Assembly (NCBI GenBank): GCA_027491415.1
Contig: JAOZFH010000025.1
Location: forward strand, 19,974-83,973
Source: Thermoproteota archaeon
GTDB taxonomy: Archaea > Korarchaeota > Korarchaeia > Korarchaeales > Korarchaeaceae
DNA length: 64,000 bases
Direction: 5' to 3'
The notes below the pieces were generated by a model. It did no database searches. It worked only from the letters and a program-made list of their open reading frames with translations, and was not told where the DNA came from. Both the position numbers and the translations under genes were made by a program. Shown here piece by piece: positions 1-9,289 of the stretch (positions are counted from its first letter, which is position 1; every line of letters starts with the position of its first letter).

Positions 1-2
1 GC

Positions 3-92
3 CGAACGGGGAGGCAGCTGGCAGAGGGCAGGCACAGGTTCATGGTCGAGTTCCTCAAGAGGTACGCGGCCGAGATGGATGGGCGCCTATAG
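3..92 (+). CDS. 3' end of a probable HD-domain phosphohydrolase (partial)
   Basis: Frame 3 reads RTGRQLAEGRHRFMVEFLKRYAAEMDGRL*, which resembles the T-x-x-G-x-x-LA-x-x-RH-x-FM-x-x-FL tail of YedJ-like HD proteins. Confidence 0.55.
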   Translation, partial: RTGRQLAEGRHRFMVEFLKRYAAEMDGRL

Positions 93-134
93 CTGGCGGA
101 AACCTTTTCTCGGACGCTCCGCGTTTGAAAAGCC

Positions 135-689
135 GTGCGCGACGAGATCGAGGAGGGCATAAGGAGAACGCTTGAACTCATGTCGAGACTTGGGATAGAT
201 GGCGAGATCCTCAGGCACGAGGAGGTCAGCGGGAGGACGTCCGAGGGGGCCGCCGAGGCGCTCGGGGTGCCGCTGGAGAGGGTGGTCAAGACCCTGATCT
301 TCACAGCAGGTGGCAGGTTCGCCGCGGTCGTGACGCTCGGAGATAGGAGGGTGGATGTCAAGGCATTGAGGGACCTGGTGGGTTTGAAGAAGCCCAGGCT
401 CGCGACCCCAGAGGAGGTCGAGCGCCTCTTGGGATTCAGCCCGGGTGGGATCCCGCCCTTCGCCCCCGCAAGACTGATGCCCTGCTTAGTAGAGCAGGCG
501 GCGCTCGAGCTGGACTGGGTGGTGGGAGCCGCCGGGAGTGAGTTCGCCGGCGTCAGGTTCGACCCCAAGAGCCTCCTCTCCCTTGGGTTCAAGCCGGCAA
601 ACGTCTCGGGGTCCCGAGAAAAAAGGCGTTACGAGCCCTCAGAACCGTCTGAGGGCTACGATCTTGGTGAACGCCCAGACGAGACCTAG
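135..689 (+). CDS. YbaK/EbsC family aminoacyl-tRNA deacylase
   Basis: VVKTLIF, RLATPEEV..LLGFSPGGIPPF and AAGS motifs. Confidence 0.9.
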   Translation: MRDEIEEGIRRTLELMSRLGIDGEILRHEEVSGRTSEGAAEALGVPLERVVKTLIFTAGGRFAAVVTLGDRRVDVKALRDLVGLKKPRLATPEEVERLLGFSPGGIPPFAPARLMPCLVEQAALELDWVVGAAGSEFAGVRFDPKSLLSLGFKPANVSGSREKRRYEPSEPSEGYDLGERPDET

Positions 690-3059
690 TGGTACGCTCA
701 CCAGTGTGGAGAGGACTAGGGCGGTGGACCCAAGGGCCGCGAGTGCATGAGATGAGGACGCCACGCCCAAGGCCAGGATAAGGAGCCCTGCACCATCAGC
801 CGCGAGCGCCGCCCTGACCCACCTGGGGTTGATCTCACCTGCCAAGAGGCGAAGCGCCAGGACAAGTGGGGCCAGCAGGTACATCACCCCCAGGAGGCCG
901 GAGGCCACTACACCGGCAATGGTCACGGAGGTTTCAGAAGGTCCCATCACTTCCATGAGCATCTTAGATGCGGATAGGGACCACAGCAAGGGGGTGATGC
1001 CGAGCCTCACGGCCGCCATAAGACTAGGCCTGCCCGAGATAAACTCCGCTACCCCCGGGCTCCACGAGTAGTAGAACGCGTTGAACACCCTGAGGAACGC
1101 TGAGCCGGCGAACGTAGCAGCCACGTCCTCGTCCCTGAACTCCCTGAGCATCTGGACCTGGGGCGCCAGCTCCGATCCGTAGGCCGCGGTGGCTATGACG
1201 CACCTAGACGGGGCTGCCTGCGCCGGCTGGACGGTCAGCGTCGCTGTGGCGGTCTTGACGCTCCCCCCGCCCGAGGCGGTCACGGTCACCGAGAAGGTCC
1301 CCGTCGTTGCCCCCGTCCTCACCTCCAGCGTAGAGATCCCGTCTGGGGTGACCTGCTCCGGGGCGATGCTGTAGGCGTAATCGGAGGGCAGCCCGGAGAC
1401 TCTGAGAGAGACGGGCTGAGGCGCCCCAGACAGCGTTCTGAGCGCGACGGTGAACGTCACCGTGTCCCCTGTCCTGGCCTCCGCCGCCGACGGTGAGACC
1501 TCAACTTCGAAGTCGAACTGGCTGGGCGCCGAGGTAGTGCTCGGGGGGCTCGAAGAGGTCGGGGGAGCCGTCGTCTGGGGAGGCTGGGTCGCCCTCGGGT
1601 TAACGACGAGCGTGACCATAGCCGAATGGGTCTTCCCCCCGCCCGAGGCGGTCACGGTCAGCACAAAGCTCCCAACGGCCTCACCGGTCTGTATGGAGAG
1701 CGTCGCGGTGTAGGCCCCGGTCTGAGTCACGGAGAACGTTGAGTCCTGAGGCAGACCCTCCAGGCTTACTGTTACGGGGTCCGAAAATCCTCCAATCGGG
1801 ATTATCTCGATCTCGAACTCAGCCACGTCTCCCTGAGTTACCGTCAAGGAAGCTGGAGACAGAGATATCGAGAAGTCCGGCTGCACGGATCTCTGAACGG
1901 TCAGCTGAGCGGTGACGGAGTGGCTCAGGGATCCGGCCGATCCGGAGACGGTGATCGCGCTCGACCCCTCCGGAGTCGACGTCTGGATGGAGACCGTCAG
2001 GGTCGTGGAGAAGGGAGGAACCCCGCTGGGCCTGGTGAAGGAGTACGTGGTATCCTCGGGGAGCCCTGACACGCTTAGGTGAACGGCCTGATCGAAGTCT
2101 CCCACTGGTGTCACCTCGACCGTGAACATTGCCTCGGACCCTGCTTCCACAGTCCTCTCCGTGGGTGAGATGGACAGGGCGAAGTCCCTTGGTGCCTCAA
2201 CCACGTGCAGCGTCAGCTCCTCCTGTACGGCCAAGCCTCCCCAGAAGGCATTGAATGTGGCCGTGACTCTCAGCGTGTAGTCTCCGGGGGTCGCGTCCTC
2301 CGAGGCCAATATGGAGAGGGTGATCTTCTTCCTCCCCCCGGCGGGAACGAAAGGTGTTGGGTCGTCGAAGCCCGTGGTTATCCCGGAGGCGGAGAGATCC
2401 GTGGTCCGGAGGCTTACCTCCCCCTCGAATCTGTGAACCGACGTCAGCAGTACCTGAACCTGCTTTGAACTCCCCTGTGTGAGAGTGACCTCGGTCTGAT
2501 TCAAGCCTATACCGAGTGAGGGTTTAATCCCCCTAGTCTTGAAGAGGTAGTCCTTAACGAAATTTCCCGTGGTCAAAGCGCCATCCCTTACCTTGTCCCC
2601 GTTTGGGCAGTCGTACCCCATAGTCTTCCATGAGACCGCGTAGGTGGAGAAGAGCTCGAGGAAGTAGGGCTCCCCGGGGTCCACCTCCACGGGTTCCGAG
2701 AAAGAGAACTCCTCCCACCTCGGCCCCCCGATGTCGATCTGCTTCGTCTTTTCGGCTATAACTGGCCCCGAGATCGACCCCCTGTGGATCCTGAGGGTAA
2801 GCGGGGCGGGCCCGCTTACAGAGGAAAACTCCACATATACTAGGACCGAAGTTATGGTCCCGAGTCTCGGGCGGATGATCTCTCCGATGGGCGAGTGAAA
2901 ACTCACGAAGTCCCCGCCGGAGACGGCGGCAGAGCAAACCAAGTCGTCGATGATCGTGACGGCGGCTTCGGCGGGCGCGTACCCCCCAGGTAAGGGGGCG
3001 GTCAAGAGGATGAGGGAGCCCAGCAGTACGATGGCTGCTGGGCCGCGTGCGTTGCTCAT
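639..3059 (-). CDS. Large secreted/surface protein with tandem Ig-like repeats and a CFI-box-CTERM membrane anchor
   Basis: Signal peptide, about four repeats of DFxISxSP...V..G....F...V.P.GGF...V.LSxxGLP, a P/T/S linker, CVIATAAYGSELAPQVQMLREFRD, and C-terminal TM helices. A TATA-like box lies about 24 nt upstream of ATG 3059. Confidence 0.85.
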   Translation of the reverse strand: MSNARGPAAIVLLGSLILLTAPLPGGYAPAEAAVTIIDDLVCSAAVSGGDFVSFHSPIGEIIRPRLGTITSVLVYVEFSSVSGPAPLTLRIHRGSISGPVIAEKTKQIDIGGPRWEEFSFSEPVEVDPGEPYFLELFSTYAVSWKTMGYDCPNGDKVRDGALTTGNFVKDYLFKTRGIKPSLGIGLNQTEVTLTQGSSKQVQVLLTSVHRFEGEVSLRTTDLSASGITTGFDDPTPFVPAGGRKKITLSILASEDATPGDYTLRVTATFNAFWGGLAVQEELTLHVVEAPRDFALSISPTERTVEAGSEAMFTVEVTPVGDFDQAVHLSVSGLPEDTTYSFTRPSGVPPFSTTLTVSIQTSTPEGSSAITVSGSAGSLSHSVTAQLTVQRSVQPDFSISLSPASLTVTQGDVAEFEIEIIPIGGFSDPVTVSLEGLPQDSTFSVTQTGAYTATLSIQTGEAVGSFVLTVTASGGGKTHSAMVTLVVNPRATQPPQTTAPPTSSSPPSTTSAPSQFDFEVEVSPSAAEARTGDTVTFTVALRTLSGAPQPVSLRVSGLPSDYAYSIAPEQVTPDGISTLEVRTGATTGTFSVTVTASGGGSVKTATATLTVQPAQAAPSRCVIATAAYGSELAPQVQMLREFRDEDVAATFAGSAFLRVFNAFYYSWSPGVAEFISGRPSLMAAVRLGITPLLWSLSASKMLMEVMGPSETSVTIAGVVASGLLGVMYLLAPLVLALRLLAGEINPRWVRAALAADGAGLLILALGVASSSHALAALGSTALVLSTLVSVPLGLVWAFTKIVALRRF

Positions 3060-3184
3060 AGCTGCGCCCAGCACGCCATCCTATTTAATCTAATGTCATG
3101 ACCCGACTGCCCACCTGTTGGTGAAATCGAGGAGTAAATCCCCGAAAATGCTAAAGAGATATGAAAGCTCTCCCCTGATCAAGT

Positions 3185-3403
3185 TCACGGTTCTCCCACG
3201 CCCTCGACCTCAAACACCTTCTCCCTCGACCTCTGTCCCTTGACGAGCCTGACCCTGCTCTTGCTCACTCCAAAGTACTCCGCGAGGATCTCCCTCGCTT
3301 CCTCGTTCGCCCTGCCCTTCTCTGGCGGCGATCGGACGTAGACCACCGTGAGGTCTCCCTCCACCTCGACCCCCCGCCTTCGCGCCCTGGGGTGGACCAG
3401 CAC
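3185..3403 (-). CDS. DUF167/YggU family protein
   Basis: PPEKGRANEE..LAEYFGV..SRVRLVKGQRSREK. The true start may be ACG at 3415. Confidence 0.9.
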   Translation of the reverse strand: MLVHPRARRRGVEVEGDLTVVYVRSPPEKGRANEEAREILAEYFGVSKSRVRLVKGQRSREKVFEVEGVGEP

Positions 3404-3418
3404 CTTAACGCGCGTTGG

Positions 3419-3877
3419 TCAGCACCTCGCCTTCAGGGTCTCCGTCACCACGGCCGGGCAGACCCTCGTGACCCCCTGCATCTGGCTGATCTCCCTGAGT
3501 ATCCTATCCATTTCCTCCTCGTCTCTCGCCCATATCTCCAGCATTATCGCGTGGTCGCCTGCCGTTATCCAGGCTCCCTTGACGTACTTCTTGGACGCCA
3601 GCTCCCTGGCCAGCCTGATAAGATCTCCAGGCTCTACGTCCACCCCGGTCAGTGAGGTCACTCTGTAGCCCAGTGCCTTGGGGTCAACCACGGCGGTGTA
3701 GCCAAGGATGACTCCGCTCTTCTCCAGCCTGTTGAGCCTCTTTCTGACGGCGACGTCGCTTATCCCGAGAGCGTCGGCCAGCTCCCTGTAAGTCACCCTC
3801 CCGTTTTTCATTAGAATGCTAACTATGGTTAGGTCCTTATCGTCGAGCACGAGTCCAGCCTTGGTGGTCCTCACCAT
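3419..3877 (-). CDS. Lrp/AsnC family transcriptional regulator (LrpA-like)
   Basis: HTH LDDKD..NGRVTYRELA..LGISDVAVRKRLNRLEKSGVILGY followed by a RAM domain. Confidence 0.93.
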   Translation of the reverse strand: MVRTTKAGLVLDDKDLTIVSILMKNGRVTYRELADALGISDVAVRKRLNRLEKSGVILGYTAVVDPKALGYRVTSLTGVDVEPGDLIRLARELASKKYVKGAWITAGDHAIMLEIWARDEEEMDRILREISQMQGVTRVCPAVVTETLKARC

Positions 3878-4065
3878 CAGTCGCTCGAACCTCTTGTTCC
3901 GAGGTCGCAATTAAACAATTCGAAAAAGAAACCTTTTTATTTTGGAATGAAAACTTCTAAAAGATCTGGCGTTAAAGGGCAAATAGATATGGGACTGTGG
4001 CAGCCAAGCGCCGGCATAATGCTGTCTGGGTGAACGTTTATCTCTGTCCCGAGGAGCTTTTTGGT

Positions 4066-4329
4066 ATGCCCTGCCGAAAGAAGAAGAGAGGCTCGAAAGG
4101 CGCAGGCGGGCGCGCCAAGGCCGAACTCGACGAGGAGGCCATCGCCATCCTCAAGGCCTTGGCGTCTCTCAAGGAGCCGGCAGGTTGCTCTAAGATAGCC
4201 GAGATCGCCGGTCTGCCGGCGAGGAAGGTCACGGGCAAGCTGAGGGGACTCCTCAACAGGGGGCTGGTGTCTAGGCCCAGCAGGGGGGTCTACGTCATAA
4301 CCGACGAGGGGAGGAAGGCGGTTTCCTGA
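4066..4329 (+). CDS. Small winged-helix DNA-binding protein
   Basis: AILKAL..PAGCSKIAEIAGL..RKVTGKLRGLLNRGLV..GVYVITDEG, with a basic N-terminus. Confidence 0.75.
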   Translation: MPCRKKKRGSKGAGGRAKAELDEEAIAILKALASLKEPAGCSKIAEIAGLPARKVTGKLRGLLNRGLVSRPSRGVYVITDEGRKAVS

Positions 4330-4398
4330 GGGCCTCTAACCGCACAGGGTGGCCCGGCAGAAGCGGCTCCCGAGAAAGAAGAAAAAGGGGACTGGCTC

Positions 4399-4560
4399 TC
4401 AGTCGATCCTCTCGAATAGATCCTTGGAGGCCCCGCATATCGGGCAGACCCAGTCCTCCGGCAGATCCTCGAACTTGGTGCCCGGGGCTATCCCGTGCGA
4501 GGGATCCCCCTTCTCCTCGTCTAGGACGTACCCGCAGACCGTGCACCTCCACTTCACCAT
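4399..4560 (-). CDS. rub: Rubredoxin (53 aa, absent from the ORF track)
   Basis: Manual translation gives [53 protein letters not shown], with two CxxC motifs. It lies directly downstream of SOR. Confidence 0.97.
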   Translation of the reverse strand: MVKWRCTVCGYVLDEEKGDPSHGIAPGTKFEDLPEDWVCPICGASKDLFERID

Positions 4561-4571
4561 AGAGATCCCCC

Positions 4572-4946
4572 TCACTCAACCTCAATCCTCTTGGAGTTCT
4601 CCCAGACCCCGTGGACATTGCAGTACTCCAAGGCGAAGAGGGTAGCCGACTTGACCAGCTTCATCTTGAAGGTCACCTTGGGCTCTGCGTACGCTGGGCC
4701 CAGATCGAAGGTGGCGATGTGGATGGGGTTGTACGGCCTGTCCTCTTCCCTGATGAAGACCTGAATCCACTTTATGTGGTGCTCCACGGTGTTTGGGTGG
4801 GGGACATCCTTGCCGACGATTATCGAGACCTCAAACTCTTCGCCAGCCTTCACCCTGTCTGGGGCCTCGATGTGCGGGGTGTGCTTCTCCCCTCCCAGCT
4901 CGGCCTCCTTCTCACGGGTGTAGATCTGGTCTCCGAACCTCTCCAT
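4572..4946 (-). CDS. sor: Superoxide reductase (neelaredoxin, 1Fe-SOR)
   Basis: [17 protein letters not shown] and YCNVHGVWE iron ligands. Confidence 0.95.
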   Translation of the reverse strand: MERFGDQIYTREKEAELGGEKHTPHIEAPDRVKAGEEFEVSIIVGKDVPHPNTVEHHIKWIQVFIREEDRPYNPIHIATFDLGPAYAEPKVTFKMKLVKSATLFALEYCNVHGVWENSKRIEVE

Positions 4947-5124
4947 GGGACTCGACACCCGAACAGCAGGGTGCCGGGGAGGTTATAACCGTTGTTTTCT
5001 GAATTTGAATGTCGGCAATTCTGAACTCCTGGCGTTCTCCCTCCAACCCGCCGCCCATGTGGAGGTGAGTATCGAGAGTGGATCTGCAAGGACTTAAATC
5101 GCCGGGTGGCGGACGGGGTCGGGC

Positions 5125-7314
5125 ATGGGGAAGGTCCTCGTAATCACCGAGAAGCCCAGGGTGGCCCAGAAGATAGCGCAGATCCTGGGTGAAGGGAGCG
5201 CCAAGTCGGAGAAGAGGGGCAGGGTGACCCTGTATCGATTCGAGAGGGATGGCGAGGAGTGGGTCGTTGTCCCCGCATCTGGACACGTCTTGGAGCTTGA
5301 CTTTCCCGACTCAAAGAAGGAGTGGACCTTCCCCGTGATACACCCCCCGGAGGAGCTCGTGTTTCGACCCATCCGGTCAAAGTCCGCTTATCTGAGGGTT
5401 ATCCGCGAGGAGGGCAGGGACGCTGACCGGATCATCGTCGCCACCGACTTGGACACGGAGGGCTCTGCCATAGGACTGGAGATCGTTCGATACTTGGGCT
5501 GGGAGGGCGAGAAAGAGATACTGAGGGCCGAGTTCTCCGCCCTCACCCCAGAGGCGATAGAGAGGGCCTTCGCCGATCTGAGGCCCTTCGACTACCCTAG
5601 GGCGAACGCCGGATGGGCCAGGAGGGTTCTCGACCTCGAGTGGGGGGCCAACGTGACGCGCGCTCTCACGCTGTCTACGAGGGAGCACAGCTGGGTTAAG
5701 GTTCTCTCCGGTGGGAGAGTCCAGAGCCCGGCCTTGGCCCTGATAGTCAAGAGGGAGGAGGAGATAAGGAACTTCGTTCCACGCAAGTACTACGTAGTCA
5801 CCGCCACCTTCGAGACGCCCAGGGGGGAGACTTTCGAGGCCGTCGCCCTACCCCCCAAAGGACAGGACAGGATCTGGGACAGGGAGCTGGCCGAGAAGAT
5901 AAGGGAGGATGTCCTAAACGAGTTTGGCCTGGCCAAGGTCAGCGCAAGGGAGGTCAGCGTCCCTCCCCCGCCCCCGTTCAACGGCACCGACATGCAGGTG
6001 GAGGTCAGCAGGATCACCGGCCTGACGCCGAGACAGATAGCCGACAGGACAAGGGGGATCGCTCAGCAACTCTATGAGGCCGGCTTGATCAGCTACATCG
6101 GCACTGAGAGTCAGAAGTACCCAAAGGAGTGGGGCAGGAAGGAGTTCGAGGCGATGGTCAGGGTGATCCAGAGATGGGAGCCGCTCAGGGACGTGGCAGA
6201 GTGGGTGCTGAAGAACATGAGGCCCAGGCCTGTGGAGGGAAGGAAGGACGACCCAGCTCACCCCTGCATACATGTGGTCGGTGCCCCCAAGGGGCCCGAC
6301 GACCTGCCCACCAAGAGGCACGCTAGGGTCTACGAGGTCATAGCCAGGAGGGTCCTCGCCACGCTCTCGCCAGACGGCAGGGACAGGAGGACCAGGGTAG
6401 ACGTGGAGGTAAGGGGGCACCCCTTCAGGGCCGCGGGCAGGGTGATCCTCGAGCGGGGATGGAGGCGGGTCTACCCTTACGCGAAAGCCGAGGAGAGGGA
6501 GCTTCCGAGGGTCGAGAGCGGGGAGAGGCTGAGGTGCGTCGACGTCAGGATCGAGGAGAAGGAGACCCAACCTCCCCCCCGCTACACCCCCAGGAGCCTG
6601 ATCAGGGAGATGGAGAGGCTGGGCCTGGGGACCAAGAACACGAGGGCTCAGATCCTCGACATACTCAGGGAGAGGGGGTACGTGGAGGGCAAGAGCTTTA
6701 AACCAACGCCCATCGGAGAGGCCGTGGTCAGAGCCCTGGAGAAGAGCGTTCCGGAGATAGTGAGCCCTGAGCTGACGGCTCAGCTTGACAGGGCCATGCA
6801 GGAGATAGAGCTGGGGAGAATGGACCACCGGGAGTTCCTCCGGAGCACGCTGAAGAGGCTGGAGGAGATCGCGAGTGAGTTCGAGCAGCGAGGCCTCGAG
6901 CTGGGCCAGTCGCTGGCCGAGGCCCTGAGGGCCCACAGGCGCGCGTCGCGCGAGGTGGGTACGTGCCCCAGGTGTGGGTCCCCCCTGGTCATCCGCAGGT
7001 CCAGGTATGGCAGGTTCGTCTCCTGCTCGGCCTACCCGGAGTGTGACGTGAAGTACAACCTTTATCCCGGCGAGGAGGTCCTGACCGAAGCCTGCGTTTG
7101 CGGGCTGCCGCTCGTCAGGGGCAGGGTCCGCACCAAGTCAGGGAGGACTCTCCAGTACCTTCGGTGCCTTGGCAACTGCGACCAGACCCCTCTGCGGTGC
7201 AGGGAGTGTGGAGCCCCGGCGGTGCCCAGGAAGGGCAGGTACGGGGTCTTCATCGCATGCACCCAGTGCGAGAAGGTGAACTACTTCCTGGTCAGGAGGC
7301 GCAGGCCCAGCTGA
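5125..7314 (+). CDS. topA: DNA topoisomerase IA with C-terminal Zn ribbons
   Basis: ITEKP, TOPRIM ATDLDTEG, SGGRVQSPAL, LYEAGLISY, GLGTKNTR, and three Cys4 ribbons. Confidence 0.93.
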   Translation: MGKVLVITEKPRVAQKIAQILGEGSAKSEKRGRVTLYRFERDGEEWVVVPASGHVLELDFPDSKKEWTFPVIHPPEELVFRPIRSKSAYLRVIREEGRDADRIIVATDLDTEGSAIGLEIVRYLGWEGEKEILRAEFSALTPEAIERAFADLRPFDYPRANAGWARRVLDLEWGANVTRALTLSTREHSWVKVLSGGRVQSPALALIVKREEEIRNFVPRKYYVVTATFETPRGETFEAVALPPKGQDRIWDRELAEKIREDVLNEFGLAKVSAREVSVPPPPPFNGTDMQVEVSRITGLTPRQIADRTRGIAQQLYEAGLISYIGTESQKYPKEWGRKEFEAMVRVIQRWEPLRDVAEWVLKNMRPRPVEGRKDDPAHPCIHVVGAPKGPDDLPTKRHARVYEVIARRVLATLSPDGRDRRTRVDVEVRGHPFRAAGRVILERGWRRVYPYAKAEERELPRVESGERLRCVDVRIEEKETQPPPRYTPRSLIREMERLGLGTKNTRAQILDILRERGYVEGKSFKPTPIGEAVVRALEKSVPEIVSPELTAQLDRAMQEIELGRMDHREFLRSTLKRLEEIASEFEQRGLELGQSLAEALRAHRRASREVGTCPRCGSPLVIRRSRYGRFVSCSAYPECDVKYNLYPGEEVLTEACVCGLPLVRGRVRTKSGRTLQYLRCLGNCDQTPLRCRECGAPAVPRKGRYGVFIACTQCEKVNYFLVRRRRPS

Positions 7315-7362
7315 TCAGATGGATCCGCCGGGATTGGGGGGCAAAGGGGAGGGGAAGGGTGG

Positions 7363-8718
7363 TTAGACCCCCTTCATCCACGTCTGGACCTCGTTAAAGA
7401 GGGCCCTTTCCTCGGCGTACCACCTCTCGAACCCCTCTGGAGAATCTGGGAAGCTAGAGTACAGCTCGACGGCCCTGTCCATGTACTCCTTTACCTTCAC
7501 CAGCTGCCTAAGCACGGAAGGCCTTCTGAGGAGCTTCAGGCCAGAAGAGACCCGCCGGACTGTGTCGGACGCCAGCCTGCCCCTCGATCCTATGTCGTAG
7601 ATGTCCTCGCCTGACACCACGCCGGAGGATATGATGAAGTCGAGGTCGTCGTTGGTGAGCCTCTGCAGGTAGAGCCTGAGCACGTCAAGCCCGGCTTGCT
7701 TGGCCCCGTAGAGCTTGTGGTACCTCTTGTGGTAGCTCCAGAGGCCGGCCACGGTGAAGTCACCCCTCTCGCTCGCCTCCAGGACTGCCTCCGCCGCGGC
7801 CTTTGCGCCCAGCATGCTGGGCCCGATACCGCCGCCGTGGATTGGGTTGGCCGCGCAGATGGCATCCCCGACGGCCAAGAACCCGTTCCAGGCCATGCAG
7901 GGGACTGTTCTCCTGGTCGGGACGACGCCCCCGCCCACGTGCAGCCTCCGGCTCACCCTATACCGCGGCTCGAGGACCTCCTCGTACACCCTTCTGGGGT
8001 TCGGGTTGCCGGGTATGGCCTGGACCCCCAGCCCGAGGTTGATGTAATTCCCGCCCTTGTGGAAGGACCACCAGTACCCTCCAGGCGCTATCTCTACGTT
8101 GAGATAGATCACGGCGTAGCCCCTCTCCCTCTCCGGCACCTCCTCAACCTCTATCTCTCCCCTGTAGGCTGCGATGAGATCTTCCTTAGGCACCCTGTAG
8201 GAGACCCACCAGCCCTCTGGGAGCTTGCTCCTGAGGGTCGCCGTGGCGCCGGTGGCGTCGATCACCACGCTGGACCTAATCTCAAAGACCTTCCTTCCCC
8301 TGAGATCTCGCACCTTCACGCCGACCACATTCGAGCCCTCGACGAGGGGCTCGAAGGCGTGGTGCTCGCCGAAGAACTCTGCGCCAGCCTGCTCAGCTAT
8401 AGAGAGGAGCCTCTGTCCGAAGTGATACCTGTTCAGGGCGTAGCCCTCTCCCTCCACGATGATGACATCCCTCTCGTTGGGCGCGAAGACCTTTACGCCC
8501 CGGAACTTCCCCTCGACCTCAGGTCCGGTGGGGTGGGGTATCCCGACCCTGTCAAAGTGCCGGACATCTATGGCGTCCCCGCAGACCTTGTCGCCCACAC
8601 CCTCCCTGGGCTTCATGTCCAGCAGAGCCACCTTGAGCCCGCCCTTTGCCAAGAAGTAGGCGGCCGTGGCACCTGCGGACCCAGCCCCGGCCACCACCAC
8701 GTCGTACCTCTCGGCCAT
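7363..8718 (-). CDS. Digeranylgeranylglycerophospholipid reductase (GGR family)
   Basis: GAGSAG FAD motif, KVCGD, PGGYWWSF, GDA..ANPIHGGGI. Confidence 0.92.
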   Translation of the reverse strand: MAERYDVVVAGAGSAGATAAYFLAKGGLKVALLDMKPREGVGDKVCGDAIDVRHFDRVGIPHPTGPEVEGKFRGVKVFAPNERDVIIVEGEGYALNRYHFGQRLLSIAEQAGAEFFGEHHAFEPLVEGSNVVGVKVRDLRGRKVFEIRSSVVIDATGATATLRSKLPEGWWVSYRVPKEDLIAAYRGEIEVEEVPERERGYAVIYLNVEIAPGGYWWSFHKGGNYINLGLGVQAIPGNPNPRRVYEEVLEPRYRVSRRLHVGGGVVPTRRTVPCMAWNGFLAVGDAICAANPIHGGGIGPSMLGAKAAAEAVLEASERGDFTVAGLWSYHKRYHKLYGAKQAGLDVLRLYLQRLTNDDLDFIISSGVVSGEDIYDIGSRGRLASDTVRRVSSGLKLLRRPSVLRQLVKVKEYMDRAVELYSSFPDSPEGFERWYAEERALFNEVQTWMKGV

Positions 8719-8795
8719 GTCATCACCCGGTGCGCGTGGGGCACCAGGTGCGCCATCTTATAAGGGAGAGGTGAGGGCGGCGTCACCTGGTCCGG

Positions 8796-9242
8796 ATGAC
8801 GGAACCTGGGTGGGCCGACTCGATCATGGCCCTCGTAGAGGCCAAGATCGAGCACACGGTCAGGGGGATAGAGGAGACCCTCAGGCAGGTCTTGGAGAGG
8901 CGCGGGGTGAGCAGGGAGGAGCTCGTTTCCGCATTGGAGAGGCTTCAGGAGGGGTTCTCCCTGCTGTCCCAGCGCTGGGTGCTGCCGGTGATGATAGTCC
9001 TGCTCCTGGGGGGAGAGCAGAGGTTCAGCTCCCTCAAGAGGACCCTCGGCATTGGGTCTAGGGTGCTCACCGACAAGCTGAAGGCCCTGGAGCGCGCCGG
9101 CTTGGTGGTGAGGAGGGTCGAGCCCGGTCCCCCCATCTCGACATGGTACTCCCTGACGCCGCGCGGGAGGGAGATGGCCCTGCTGGCGATACCCCTCCTC
9201 TACCGGGCTGCGGCGACTCCGACCACGCCCGCGGACGGATAG
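8796..9242 (+). CDS. HxlR-family winged-helix regulator
   Basis: QRWVLPVM..RFSSLKRTLGIGSRVLTDKLKALERAGLV.R....PP..WYSLTPRG. Confidence 0.9.
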   Translation: MTEPGWADSIMALVEAKIEHTVRGIEETLRQVLERRGVSREELVSALERLQEGFSLLSQRWVLPVMIVLLLGGEQRFSSLKRTLGIGSRVLTDKLKALERAGLVVRRVEPGPPISTWYSLTPRGREMALLAIPLLYRAAATPTTPADG

Positions 9243-9289
9243 GAGGCCAAGAGGCGGAAAGTTTTATCTATGCCCCCCTCGGGAGGAGG

